A stretch of 63,429 bases of DNA, filler included, from Chiloscyllium plagiosum (Eukaryota): assembly GCF_004010195.1 (NCBI RefSeq). It is 4 parts of one record of this genome, joined end to end, with 100 filler letters (N's around TTAATTAATTAA, not from the genome) between each part and the next. Parts side by side here need not be neighbours in the genome. Positions count along the whole stretch, not along the records: positions 1 to 16,681 come from NC_057714.1; positions 16,782 to 35,198 come from NC_057714.1; 2 more parts are not named here. The stretch is one strand, 5' to 3'. A model generated the notes under the pieces. That model saw only the letters and a list, made by a program, of their open reading frames with translations. It had not been told where the DNA came from and did not search any database. Both the position numbers and the translations under genes were made by a program. This document shows, piece after piece, positions 13,275-25,676 of the stretch (positions within the stretch are counted from its first letter, which is position 1; each line of letters opens with the position of its first letter).

Positions 13275-15337
13275 CTGAACAACATCATAAAGGAATTTTC
13301 TTTTTGTCCTATTGTCACTACTGTGACAGTCTTCTTTCAGCTTCTCCAATATACATGCAACACGTTCGGATTCACTTTCAGCAGGTCTCCTGCAGATTTT
13401 ATCCAGTGAGAGGTCAGTGTATCCAAGCACTACAGCAAATGCTTTCCAATTGGAAATATTCTCAGTGATGAGTTTACGGATGGATGAATACATATAAGTC
13501 AACTTCTTAAATGGTATCAAAAGTTGATGGAGGAGTATCTTGGTTGTAATCTTTACATCTGAGAAGTCCATGACCTGTTCCTTCGAAATCACCTTCACGT
13601 TTTTGCAGTGTACAAGGCCAATCTTTCCTCGTATGAAGCCGACATACCACTCTTTGATCTTTGTTTGGCCAATTGCTTTAACTTTGTCCATGCCGAGAAG
13701 TGCTATTGTGTCGCCTTTAAAATATTCCAGTAGGTATTCAATCTTTGGCTGCCTCAGCACAGTTTTCAGAGCCACTCCATATTTAAGAATATTTACAGGT
13801 TTCTCTCGAAATGAGGGATAATTAACTGGCTGAGATGTTTCATCTGAAGGAACAGCTGTTATAGGTTCTTTCCATCTTTGGAAACGCCTTCTCACATTTG
13901 ATTTGGGTGCTGGCATGGGTGTCTGGACACTGAATTTTGTTATTACATTATGGCTGGTTCCTGCTACTTCAATTTCGAGCTGAAATGGACTGATTTCTCC
14001 GGATTTGCACATAGACAAATTAAACGGCTGCCGAACTGTTCTACCTAGTTTTAACAAACTTCTTTTAACCTTTTCATTCTGATCAGCTTCTTGTACTTCG
14101 TACCGGGAGTCAGTGGGAAAGATTGAAATTTCAAAATCTTCTGGCCTATCTAACTGAAACTGATGTTTTCCCCAAAGTTGAAGAACAACCGGTGGTAAAT
14201 TTTTATTGCTTTTGTTAACATCTGTAAGATTTTGTGGAACTTGATTGTGACTAAAGATAACACAAACAGCAGTAAAAACTGGATGAATATGTTTGGGACC
14301 GTAAATTCCAAAAGTTATCATTTTATTCAGATAGTCCCATACTGTTGATGCAGGAGGTTGAATGCTTTTAGCTTGAACAGCTGCTACAATATACATACAA
14401 GGACTCAGTTTTTTCAGCTTTACCTGCATAACATCTTTATAAATGTAAATGTCGTGCAGCTTCTCAAAAGGGCCCTCCTTTGCATCACTGCAAAGACACA
14501 CAATTTCAGTCATAACCTGACTCATAGGATCAGTTTTCACTTCAGCTGTCACCTTCATTTCCAAAGAAATAAAATCTTGGGTCTTTAAATGGCTCAGTTT
14601 CAGTTCCAGTAATGGACCAATAGTTGTGCAAAGATCATTATTAAGTACTTGAGGTGGGTCAAGCAAGGACTTTATAGCCACTTCCTGAATTTCACCTGGC
14701 AAAACATGACCTTCAGGTACGTGGACACTTACATCTGATTCAGGCAGCTGAAGAGATCCTCCTTTATGGTCAATTTTACAAACAATGTGCATTTCAATAG
14801 CCTGTGTCTGCCCCCAACCTGGGTTTTGGCTTATCATATCCAAATCGAGACAAGATCTGGTTAGTTGCCTATGGCTCAGCCATGCCATTTTGTAGGCTTC
14901 TCTGTCATTTTGAAATGACTCCAAATTGGGAACCATAAATTGACTCACTGGACGATTATTCTGAGGAACTTCTTCTTTGTTTGAAAAGTCCAAAATATCA
15001 GAAGCACTTTTCCATCTTCCATGCTGTTTTGCAAAAGGTTTTCCAATATAGATTAGGTGATCAATATCCAATTCATCAGCTGAAGAGCCAGACTCAGCAG
15101 GTCTTGGATCTTCAAACAGCAGCAGTGGGTCCTCCGTTAACACAGATTCTGGGCTTGGTGTCTTCTTCTCGCCTATTTTGGCAATCTCATCTAAAAATGG
15201 GTTCGATCCCGACAAACCATTCCAAAATGGATTTGTCTGCTGAGAAACCGTATGGCTAGGATGATCAAAGACGACCTCATGCCAATCTTTCAGTAAATCG
15301 GTCTCTAGCCCATTAGAAGTGTCTCGGTAGCTGCTGT
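13275..15337 (-). CDS. MACC1: MACC1 large internal coding exon (2063 bp): NPF motifs, ZU5, UPA-like, SH3-like, start of death domain
   Basis: The 673-aa ORF contains MACC1-like blocks SNPFLD, DREAYKMAWLS, SCLDL..SQNPGW, IYGPKHIHP, LEYFKGDTIALLG, EWYVG..RGKIGLVHCKNVKVISKEQVM and KLKEDCH. Acceptor ttttctatag|AC at 15337 is in frame. Similarity ends at CAG|GCAAGT. It is closer to MACC1 than to the paralogue SH3BP4 (no N-terminal SH3). Confidence 0.93.
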
Positions 15338-15746
15338 CTATAGAAAATTAGAGAAATAAAAAACTAGTCAATAAATTCTGAAAGAACAAAAGCAAAAAAT
15401 TTAAGATATAGGAATGTACAACCTGCTTGCACAATCTACTTAAGAGTATTCAATGCACAGGAACAGGTAGAAATGATGGTGATCAAAAAGTGGGCATTAG
15501 CAGATAGATCACAAGCTTTGTGGTAAGGGTGGGGATGATAGTGGTGAACATAGGTGGAAACCAGTTAGACATAGGCTTTCCAACTCCAAGTCCGCTATAC
15601 TTTTGAGGGCGCAAAATAGGCAAACCACACAAATTTCACTGTTAAGTGCTGAGTCAACCAAAAAAGGTGAACATATCCACAAACAAAGCCTGAAATAAAC
15701 CAGAACTGAAGGTACAGTTTATTTGCAGTATATGAATTTTCAATAC

Positions 15747-15843
15747 CTTTTGAAAACGCATTATTTGTTGATGGGTTTTCATCCAGGTCAATTAATGTTC
15801 CTTCTGATCTGCTGCGTGCATGTCGAGGAGAACGAACAGCCAT
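15747..15843 (-). CDS. MACC1: MACC1 first coding exon (MAVRSPRHARSRSEGTLIDLDENPSTNNAFSK + 1 nt); exon including 12 nt of 5'UTR is 15747-15855
   Basis: Acceptor ttatttttgacag precedes AACTGAAGCAAAATG. Donor AAG|GTATTG is phase 1 and joins the next exon in frame. The peptide resembles the MACC1 N-terminus as I recall it (SxSExxLIDx). Confidence 0.88.
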
Positions 15844-16133
15844 TTTGCTTCAGTTCTGTCAAAAATAAAGATATTTTGCAACTTTACTATTTAAATTAAC
15901 AATATATACTAAGGCAATTATCAATACCCTGAAATATCATGCAATTATTTATTAGAGGGAGAAATTTGATTTTTTGCATTAACATTTTAGCTATTAAGTT
16001 ACATTCCAAGTGGATAGCCAGATTCTAATCTATACTTAGAAACTGGCTTCAAAAAACTGTCAGCTTGAGACGATGCAAGTGGTTTTACTTTTCACTCTAA
16101 TGTGCTACACCCACTTTCCCTTCGCTGGAAGTC

Positions 16134-16290
16134 AGAGTCATACAGCATGGAAATGGACCATTCAGTCCAATTCTAATCATGCCGACCAGGTTTTCCCAAA
16201 CTAAACTATTCCCATTTTCCTATGTTTGGCCCATATACCTCTAAACCTTTCCTATTCAGATACCCATTTAGACACCTTTTAAAATGTGTA
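16134..16290 (-). mobile_element. CR1 LINE 3' end
   Basis: AGAGTCATACAGCATGGAAA tail and CCTCTAAACCTTTCCTATTCA, shared with other CR1 3' ends. Confidence 0.75.
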
Positions 16291-16292
16291 GA

Positions 16293-17030
16293 GCCTGAAG
16301 TGTGGAGAGATAAGCTAGAGGAGGGTGGGGGTGGGGAGAAAGTAGCAGAGTACAATAGGTGAGTGGGGGAGGAGATGAAGGTGATAGGTGGAAAAGGAGC
16401 TAGGTAGGTCGGACAAGTCCAGACAGGTCAAGGGGACAGTGCGGGCTGGAAGTTTGAAACTAGGATGAGGTGGGGGAAGGGGAAATGAGGAAGCTGTTGA
16501 AGTCCACATTGATGTCCTGGGGTTGAAGTGTTCCGAGGCGGAAGATGAGGCGTTCTTCCTCCAGGCGTCTGGTGGTGAGGGAGCGGCGGTGAAGGAGGCC
16601 CAGGACCTCCATGTCCTCGGCAGAGTGGGAGGGGGAGTTGAAATGTTGGGCCACAGGGCGGTGTGGTTGATTGATGCGGGTNNNNNNNNNNNNNNNNNNN
16701 NNNNNNNNNNNNNNNNNNNNNNNNNTTAATTAATTAANNNNNNNNNNNNNNNNNNNNNNNNNNNNNNNNNNNNNNNNNNNNCAGTTCAGGCAGCATCCGA
16801 GGAGCAGTGAAATCGAAGTTTTGGGCAATAAAGGCAGTGATCCTGGAGCGTGGAGGGATAAGCTCGAGGAGGGTGGGGGTAGGGAGAAAGTAGCATAGAG
16901 TACAATGGGTGAGTGCGGGAGGGGATGAAGGTGATAGGTCAGGGAGGAGAGGGTGGAGTGGATAGGTGGAAAAGGAGATAGGCAGGTAGGACAAGTCCGG
17001 ACTTTCGAAATCGACGTTTTGGGCAAAAAT
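16293..17030 (-). mobile_element. PLE 3' region (GIY-YIG C-terminus and terminal repeat), repeated on both sides of an assembly gap
   Basis: AQHFNSPSHS...RRLEEERLIFRLGTLQPQ.INVDF. The segment 16297-16420 recurs at about 16845-17000. Confidence 0.85.
16682..16781. other. Assembly gap with artificial TTAATTAATTAA linker
   Basis: 44 N + TTAATTAATTAA (16726-16737) + 44 N. Confidence 0.95.
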
Positions 17031-20000
17031 GGGTCAAATGGCCTACTCCTGCTTCTATCACTATGGTATTGTAGAAATTATTTCATATTACCTGTTCATG
17101 TTTGTTGGATCCCAATTCTGTTTGGAACACAACTTATTCAAGCTTCTCATCTTTTATAAAGTACCCTATTTAATATATTTTTAGATCTAAAGTGAATGAG
17201 CTCAGATTTGTCTACTTTAAAGTCTATTTTGCCCATTCACTTAATCAATATTGCTTTGTAATGTTGCATTTCATCTACATGAGTTAAAATGCCACCTATC
17301 TTTGTGTCATCAGTAATTTTGGTTATGTGGCTTTTTAATCCCATCATCTAAATTATTAATGAATATAGAAAATATTTGAGGCCCTAATACCAATTCTTGT
17401 GGGACAATACCAGTAGCGTCCTGCTAATTGAACGACCTGCTCATTATCCCCACTTCCATCTTTGTCTCAACTAATTTCCTAACCAGGGCAGCAATTTGCT
17501 TTAAATTTAGACAAGTCTTTCATGAGGAATGAAATCATATTCTTTCGAGAACATCATATAATTAAAATACATTTTACTATGTCCATTAGTTTAGGGCCTT
17601 CGGGGAATTGGAATAGATTTGTAAGGCATGGCTCATATTTTTTAAAAATGTGGTTCTTGTTAATCAGCTGAAGATTAACAATAGACTTTGATTATTTCTT
17701 GAGAAAAGAGGGTAGGCCAACTGTTCTATGATTCTATGATTTCCCTGTCTCTCTTTCCAATTAATAGGTGGTCATGTACAACTCTCCAAACCAATGTTCC
17801 AGGAACAACAGAAGATTCTAGGTTCGGGTACATGCAACATTTTCAGCAATTTCTTTTAAAACCTTGGAATGGGAATCATCTGGTCCTGCTACTTTGTCAC
17901 TCTTTAGTGCCAGTATTTGCTTTATTGCTGTTATTTTGGTAAGTCTCTACGCCTTCATTATTAATTAATTAACTAATAATTTCTATGATTTCCAGCATGC
18001 TGTACTGTAATAACAAGCAATGGAGAAGTATCATGTCCTTATTTCACTGAAGTCAGAAAACCTCTGTGGGCTTCGATGGGGACTACTCCCCTCAGAGATT
18101 TGAGACATGGCAGCCTTTTTGCTGCACATGCAGTGTGTTTGCCATTTATGCTGCTGGCACAGGGAGTAGTTGAGGGCTTGACATAGTGTACTGCCATGTA
18201 GCAAGATATATACTCCTTTGACTGAGGACTGCTGACCAGCAAAGCAAATTGCCTGTTTCTGTGACTGCACTGTTTGGCACAGCATGGGAAAGCAAGGCAA
18301 GGCAAGCAAGATAAGGAAGGTGGGCATGCAGGTAGGCGCTAAGTGAGTGAGCACTAAGAGAACAAGTGAACAGCCCAGAGATGCAGATTGCACGCTGGGT
18401 GCCTCTTCCTGCCCTCCCTGCTGTGGCCTTTTAAAGCTAATTGCTGGTGTGTCCTGCAAAACAAGGTTGTGGTGTCTGTGCACTCTGCCAGTGCAACGAA
18501 GCAGTAGTTGTGAGGGGTTCTCAGACAACAGAAGCAAGTCCATGGAGGGGGAGTGTGTTCAGCTCATGCCTGACGATCGTGCCCTGGGATATTGTTGCCA
18601 CGTGACCAACATGAAGGTGCTGCAGAGCAAGCAGTGATCTGAATCTGCCAGGTACCAGCTCTGGCTTCCTCGTCGATGTTTCCTGACATCAAGCTTGTTT
18701 GGTAAGGTGGGAGTCTGAATATTAATGAGGGAAGTTGTGTCATTAACAGGGCAGCTAACAAGAGTTAAGCCCCGTCAATTGGGGACTATTGATAATCTCA
18801 CCAGATTGCTTGTGAAAAGCGTAAAAAAATGAAATGAGATGACCTCATTGCCAGGAGGGATTTGCTGCACTTGTCACCCAGTCCTAACAGATCTCACCAT
18901 GACCCACGTCACTCCGACCTCGATAAGAGTCCACCCATAATGTCATTAATCTTCTAATCTTGTGCTCTGGTGGACTTCATTCCAGCATTGTTTTAGTGAA
19001 GCACAGACAGTATGCTGCCCTCTCATTAGAGAGAGATGACTGGTGGTGGTTTAACCTGAGGGGCAGCCCAACTGAGGTAAGAGGAGAATTTGAGAAGGAG
19101 AATCCTTCTAATGCTGATTTGTTAGATCCTGAAATGTCTTGTTTCAACATCTTTTAACAATTAAATGAAACTACAACAATTAAGAAAGAATATATTATCA
19201 AATGAAAAATTGAGAAATATGCGGCATTTTACAACCTCTTGTGGTAGTGAAGACCCTGCATTCAAACACAAGCTTTGTTGAATGAATTAATCTTTGTTGG
19301 TACAGAGTTTAAGGTGTTGAAACTAGTTTCATACCACTGGGTTATGGAGAAGCCTCTCATTTAATTTGACTGCTGCTCTTTTTAACAGGAACCCTGTTCA
19401 AATTCTATGTGAGTATTCAAAAAGGATGAGAATGCAGGTAGCAGTGAAGTAACTGCAATCAAATAACTACATTGCATTCATAGTTAATGTTCACAGATTT
19501 ACCAATGAACTGGTCGGTGAGGTATTAGAAGACTGTTGCTACTATTAAAACTGTATCTGAGCAAATAATTAACTCTTCAGATCAGATAGGAGACAACTGG
19601 GGAAAAAAAACATCAGTCCCAAGTAACAAGTACCTTGTCTATCTGCACGTGTGTGATCCAGGTATGAGGCCTCACAGTGGCAAATGAAGTTCAAAACAAT
19701 TGAGTTACACAGCATTATTTACTACTGCACTCACCAGTGGCATGGCTGTGTGATAGGAGCATATTCTATGATTAGGAAACAAATTGCAGTTGAGCAAAAT
19801 TTTTACATGCTGTTTCCAGCAAAATCCTAATTATAAGGATTTACATGTATGTTACACTAAGCACACAAAAAACACAGGAAACTACAAATATTTACTGCCA
19901 GCTGATAGGTCTCATCGCTATCAATGTGGAAACAAATTTAGCCCACCAGAGCAATGATAGTTGTCTGAACACTGGGATTGACAACTTGATCACATAGTGA

Positions 20001-20597
20001 TAGAGATTCCTTCATGAGAAGACATACTGGAGTCTGGTCCTAGCAGATGAAATGAACTCCGCAAGGTGACAAGCGAGTGGGAAACAGTCCAGCTGGAGTA
20101 TTTGACCCCATTATGAATATTGGGGCCCTTTGAAATTGTGATTGTGATGGTAAGGAGGGGCTTCTGATGTTGTGTGAGAAAGAACAGAAAATTTCAGAAT
20201 GACTGTGGTGTTTTAACTCAATCATTTAATGATCGTTTTACTTAATGGTTTGGTGTCACATGCATGCCAGTTGATGTGGTGATGACTTAAAAACACTGCT
20301 GCCCCAGGTTTTATAGCACCTTTTCTTAAAAGAATGAGGTAAAAGCCAGACACTCAATAACATTATTTTGGTGAACGTGACTGTCAGGATGGATGAATTG
20401 CAATATGTGCGAGCTGTGAGATATATGTGTCAGGTTCACACCAGTATCACTGTGAGGTGCGGTGAAGTATGTGAATGTGAGACATGCGTATTGTTTATGA
20501 AATAAAGTTAGGTGATTACTTGAGGTAGATGGAATTTGAGCAATTTGTCAGGGTATTGGAACAATTAATAATATATGACAAGATTCCACATGGCTCT

Positions 20598-20672
20598 ATT
20601 CCTGATGAAGGGCTTTTGCCTGAAACGTCGACTTTCCTGTTCCTCAGATGCTGCCTGACCTGTTGTGCTTTT
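20598..20672 (+). mobile_element. PLE terminal repeat, 5' half, with hammerhead core (3' half at 23471-23527)
   Basis: ATTC-CTGATGA-A-GGGC(TTTT)GCCT-GAAACGTC followed by GATGCTGCCTGACCTG. Confidence 0.8.
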
Positions 20673-23470
20673 AGAACATAGAACAGAGAACATTACAGCG
20701 CAGTACAGGCCCTTCGGCCCTCGATGTTGCACCGCTCTGTCATACTAATATGAAGCCCATCCCATCTACACTATTCCATGTACGTCCATAGGCCTGTCCA
20801 ATGACGACTTAAATGCACTTAAACTTGGCAAATCTACTACCGTTGCAGGCAATTGTACACAATACTCCAAGTGTGGCCGTACCAGAGCTTTGTACAGCTG
20901 CAGCATAACCTCCTGGTTCCAGAACTCAATCCCTCTTTCATAAAGGCCAAAACACTGTATGCCTTCTTAACAACCCTGTCAATCTGGGTGGCAACTTTCA
21001 GGGATCTGTGTACATGGACAGCGAGATCTCCCTGCTCATCTGCGCGCCCAAGAATCTTACCATTAGCCTCGTACTTTGCATTCCAATTACTCCATCCAAA
21101 GTGTATCACCTCACACTTGTCCACATTAAACTCCACTTGCCATCTCTCAGCCCAGCTCTGCATCCTATCTATGTCTCTCTGCAACCTACTACATCCTTCA
21201 TCACTATCCACAACTCCATCGACCTTAGTGTTGTCTGCAAATTTACTAACCCACCCTTCTAATCCCTCATCCAGGTCATTTATAAAAATAACAAACAGCA
21301 GTGGACCCAACACCAACCCTTGCGGTACGCCGCTAGTAACTAGACACCAAGATGAACATGTTCCATCAACTGCAACCCTCTGTTTTCTTTCAGCAAGCCG
21401 ATTACTGATCCAAACTGCTATGACTCCCACAATCCTATTCCTCCGCATTTTGTATAATAACCTACTGTGGGGAACCTTATCGAACGCCTTGCTGAAATCC
21501 ATATACACCACATCAACCGGTTTACTCTCATCTACCTGTTTGGTCACTTTGTCAAAAAACTCAATAAGATTTGTTAGGCACGACCTACCCTTCATAAACC
21601 GTGCTGACTGTCCCTGATCAGATTATTCTTTTCTAGATGGTCATAAATCCTATCTCTTATAACCTTTTCCAACACTTTACCAACAACTGAAGTGAGACTC
21701 ACTGGTCTGTAATTACCAGTGTTGTCTCTACGACCCTTTTTGAACAAAGGAACCACATTTGCTACCCTCCAGTTCTCAGGCACTATTCCTGTAGACAATG
21801 ATGATTTGAAGATCAATGCCAAAGGCTCAGCAATCTCTTCCCTTGCTTCCCAGAGGATCCTAGGATAGATCCCATCCGGCCCACGGGACTTGTCTATTTT
21901 CACACTCTGCAGTATTTCTAATACCTCTTCCTTATGAACCTCAATCTCTTCTAGTCTAGATGCAAGTATCTCTGTATCTTCCTCGCCAACATTTTCCTTT
22001 TCTATAGTGAACACTGTCGAAAAATATTTATTTAGTGCCTCCCCTATCTCCTCTGCTCCACACAACTTCCCACTATTATCCTTGATAGGCCCTAATTTAA
22101 CACTCGTCATTCTTTTATTCCTGACATGTCGATGGAAAGCCTTGGGGTTAACCCTGATCCTATCCGCCAACAACTTCTCATGTCTCCTGGCTCTTCTGAG
22201 CTCTCTTTTTAGGTATTTCCTGACTTCCTTGTAACCCTCAAGCGCCCTAATTGAGTTTTCACATTTTGTCCTAACATAAGCTTTCTTCTTCTTGACCGGG
22301 GATTCCACTTCCTTAGTAAACCACAGCTCACGCGTTCTACATCTTCCTCCCTGCCTGACAGGTGCATACTCATCTAGGACACACAGGAGCTTTTCCTTGA
22401 ATAAGCTCCACATTTTTAATGTGCTCATTCCCTGCAGTTTCCTTCCCCATTCTAGGCTTCCTAAATCTTTCCTAATTGCATCATAATTTCCCTTCCCCCA
22501 GCTGTAACTCTTGCTCGGTGGAGTACACCTATTCTTTTTCATCACTAAAGTAAACCTGACAGAATTGTGATCGCTGTCTCCAAAGTGCTCACCTATTTCC
22601 AAATCTAACACCTGGCCAGGCTCGTTACCCAGTACTAAATCTAAAGTGGCTTCGCCCCTTGTTGGCCTGTCTACATACTGTGTCAGGAAGCCCTCCTACA
22701 CACACTGGACAAAAACTAACCCATCCATAGTACTCGTACTGTAGTGATCCCAGTCAATATTTGGATAGTTGAAGTCCCCCATGACAACTACCCTGCCTCT
22801 CTCACTCCTATCGAGAATCATCTTTGCTAACCTTTCTTCTACATCTCTGGGACTATTCGGCGGCCTATAGAAAACTCCCAGCATGGTGACTTCTCCTTTC
22901 CTGTTTCTAANNNNNNNNNNNNNNNNNNNNNNNNNNNNNNNNNNNNNNNNNNNNNNNNNNNNNNNNNNNNNNNNNNNNNNNNNNNNNNNNNNNNNATCTG
23001 AATCCTGGAACCTGCAACAGCCATTCCTGTCCCTGCTCTATCCATGTCTCCGTAATGGCCACAACATCGAAGTCCCAGGTACCACGCTGCCAATTCACCC
23101 ACTTTATTTCGGATGCTCCTCACGTTGAAGTACACACCCTTCAAACCAGGTTCTCGCTTGCCAGTGTCAGATACTTGATTTGGGAACTCCCTACTCTCAT
23201 CCTCTTCTGTACCTGTCCTACAATTTTGGTTCCCATCCCCCTGCTGTATTTATTTAAATCCACCTTAATAGCTTTAGTAAATTTCCCACCCAGGATATTA
23301 GTACCCCTCTAGTTTAGATGAAGACCATCCTGCTTGTAGAGGTCCCACCTACCCCAGAAAGAGCTCCAATTATCCAAAAACCCAAAACCCTCCCTCCTTC
23401 ACCATCCCTGTAGCCACGCGTTCAACTCCTTTCTCTCCCTATTCCTCACCTCACTAGCACATGGCACGGG
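20673..23470 (-). mobile_element. Young CR1 LINE: ORF1 end plus nearly complete ORF2 (APE + RT)
   Basis: YFNVRSIRNK, VAITETW, FYRPPN, GDFNYPNIDW, SDHN, YMDFSKAFDKVPH, SGVPQG.VLGP and KFADNTK. ORFs of 339 and 252 aa. Repeated AGAAC tail. Contains an 85-N gap (22911-22995). Confidence 0.95.
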
Positions 23471-23527
23471 CAGCACCACTCTAATCTAGACTCTGGTTTC
23501 CAGCATCTGCAGTCCTTGTTTTTACCT

Positions 23528-24780
23528 GGTAGACTGGTTAGCAAGGTTAGATCACGTGGAATGTTGGGAGAGCTAACCATTTGGATACAGAATTGGCATA
23601 AAGGTAGAAGACAGAAGGTGGTGGAAAAGGGTTGCTTTTTGGACTGCAGGGCTGTGACCAGTGGTGTGCCATAATGATCGGTGCTGGGTCCATTGCTTTT
23701 TATCATTTATATAAATGATTTGGATGTGAACATAGGAAATATGGTTATTAAGTTTTCAGATCGTAACAAAATTGCTGGTGCAATCAACAGTGAAGAAGGT
23801 TACTGCAGAGTACGACAGGACCTTGATTAGATGAGCCTATAGGCCGAGGAATGGCAGATGGAGTTTAATATGGATAAATGTGAGGTACTGCATTTTGGAA
23901 AGGCAAGTTAGGGAAGGACATACACTTAATGGTAAGGTCCTGGGGCATGTTGATGAACAAAGAGACCTTGCAGTTGCAGATTGACAAGGTGGTGAAATAG
24001 CTTAAAAATGTGTTGCTGGAAAAGCGCAGCAGGTCAGGCAGCATCCAAGGAGAAGGAGAATCGACGTTTTGGGCATAAGCCCTTCTTCAGGAATGAGGAG
24101 GGTGTGCCAAGCAGGCTAAGATAAAAGGTGGTGAAGTAGACTTTTGATATGCTTACTTTTAATGGTCAGTGCATTGAATATAGGGGTTGAGAGGACATGT
24201 TGTGGCTGTTCAGGACATTGGTTCAGCCACTTTTGGAATACTGCATTGAGTTCTGGTCCCCCTGCTTTCAGAAAGATGTAGTTCAACTTGAAGGGGTTCA
24301 GAAAAGATTTGCAAAGATGTTGCCAGGGTTGGAGTATTTGAGTTGTAGGGAGAAGCTGAATAAGTGGAGGTTGTTTCCCTGGAACGTCGGAGACTGAGGG
24401 GTGACTGTATACAGGCTTATCGAATCATGAGGAGCAAGGATAAGGTGAATAGCCAAAGTGTTTTCTCCAGCGTAGTGGTGTCCAAAATTAGAGGGCGTAG
24501 GTTTAAGGTGAGAGGGGAAATATTTAAAAGAGACCTAAGGGGTAACTTTATCACGCAGAGAGTGGTGCATGTATGGAATGAGCTGCCAGAGGAAGTGGTG
24601 GAGGTTGGTACAATTACAATATTTACAATGGATCTAGAAGGATACATGAAGAGGAAGGGTTCAGAGGGATATGGGCCAAGTGCTGGCAAATGGGACTAGA
24701 TTAATTTAGGATGTCTGGTTGGCACGAATGAGTTGAACAGAAGGGTCTGTTTCCGTGCTGTACATCTCTATGACTCGATG
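23528..24780 (+). mobile_element. CR1 LINE 3' half
   Basis: LVQPLLEYC..FWSP, RRRLRGD and WNELPEEVVE motifs, with CTCTATGACTC tail. Confidence 0.92.
23997..24124 (-). mobile_element. Solo PLE terminal fragment with 11-bp TSD
   Basis: TSD AAGGTGGTGAA at 23986-23996 and 24125-24135. The hammerhead core has GAAA mutated to AAAA. Confidence 0.85.
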
Positions 24781-25448
24781 ATATTTGAAGGTGCATTCAC
24801 CGATCTTGGCCACTCTCAGTTTGTACAGATGTTTGTGTAACACTGCAACCAGGTCCCTTGGACTTAATTCCTGACATTGACCCTGACACTTACTTGGTCT
24901 CAATATCTTCTGGACAAATCTCTGAAGGACCTCCTGCTACTTATGGATCCTTTTTCCATTGTAACAACGCTTCATCAAAGCCTAAAATGCTGCTTCTGAA
25001 GCATCGAGCCCCACACTCTGCCATGTTGTGCAACTCTTCATTGTTCCAAAGCTGGGATTCACTTCATGTAAATTTCCAGGACGTCCTCAGGCTGAAATCA
25101 CCAACCCTTTCAGAAGTACAGCTAACATTAGCTTGAGCTAGCAGCTAATAATATTGGTCCCAATTCAGATGTAAAGCCAAATGGCTAACATTGGCTGAAG
25201 ACTGGACAAAATGTAAAACTAAAAGCAGCACAAAGTCAAATACTAACCCTGTTGCAGCCAATGGCTGCAGGTTAATTGTACATTGCAATCCCTGTTCCTG
25301 TCTTTAGGAGCTGTCAAATTTGGAACTTCTCCTGTGTCTCAAGGAGAACTCTTATTTTTGGAACATTAACATGGAAAGCTATCAGAAGCAGTCATCCCTC
25401 TAATTGAGTTACTTCCATTGTAATTTGGAGACAACTGACAATATGGAT

Positions 25449-25676
25449 TTAGTTAAAAACCACACAACACCAGGTTATTGTCCAACAGGTTTAATTGGAA
25501 GCACTAGCTTTCGGAGCGACGCTCCTTCATCAGGTGATAGTTAATATCATCTGATGAAGGAGCGTCGCTCCGAAAGCTAGTACTTCCAAATAAACCTGTT
25601 GGACTATAACCTGGTCCTGGTGTTGTGTGATTTTTAACTTTGTCCACCCCAGTCCAACACCGGCATCTCCACATCA
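25449..25676. mobile_element. Fold-back mini-insertion of a second PLE family with 13-bp TSD
   Basis: Arms 25451-25539 and 25545-25639 with a 5-nt loop. TSD TGACAATATGGAT at 25436-25448 and 25677-25689. Confidence 0.9.
25502..25536 (-). ncRNA. Minimal hammerhead ribozyme motif, family 2 (mirror copy on plus strand at 25548-25582)
   Basis: CAC-CUGAUGA-A-GGAGC(GUC)GCUCC-GAAA-GC-UA-GUG. Confidence 0.72.

Noticed and set aside
13275..15337. SH3BP4 as an alternative identity
   Set aside because: The short first exon lacks an N-terminal SH3, and motifs such as DREAYKMAWLS and LEYFKGDTIALL fit MACC1 better.
15595..15746. Remainder of the 82-aa ORF
   Set aside because: It lies past the AAG|GTATTG donor and is intronic.
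18031..18637. 170-aa and overlapping ORFs
   Set aside because: No recognisable domain or splice context. Probably a chance ORF in an old unclassified repeat.
20853..21617. 254-aa plus-strand ORF
   Set aside because: It is the antisense shadow of the CR1 RT frame, with no independent protein features.
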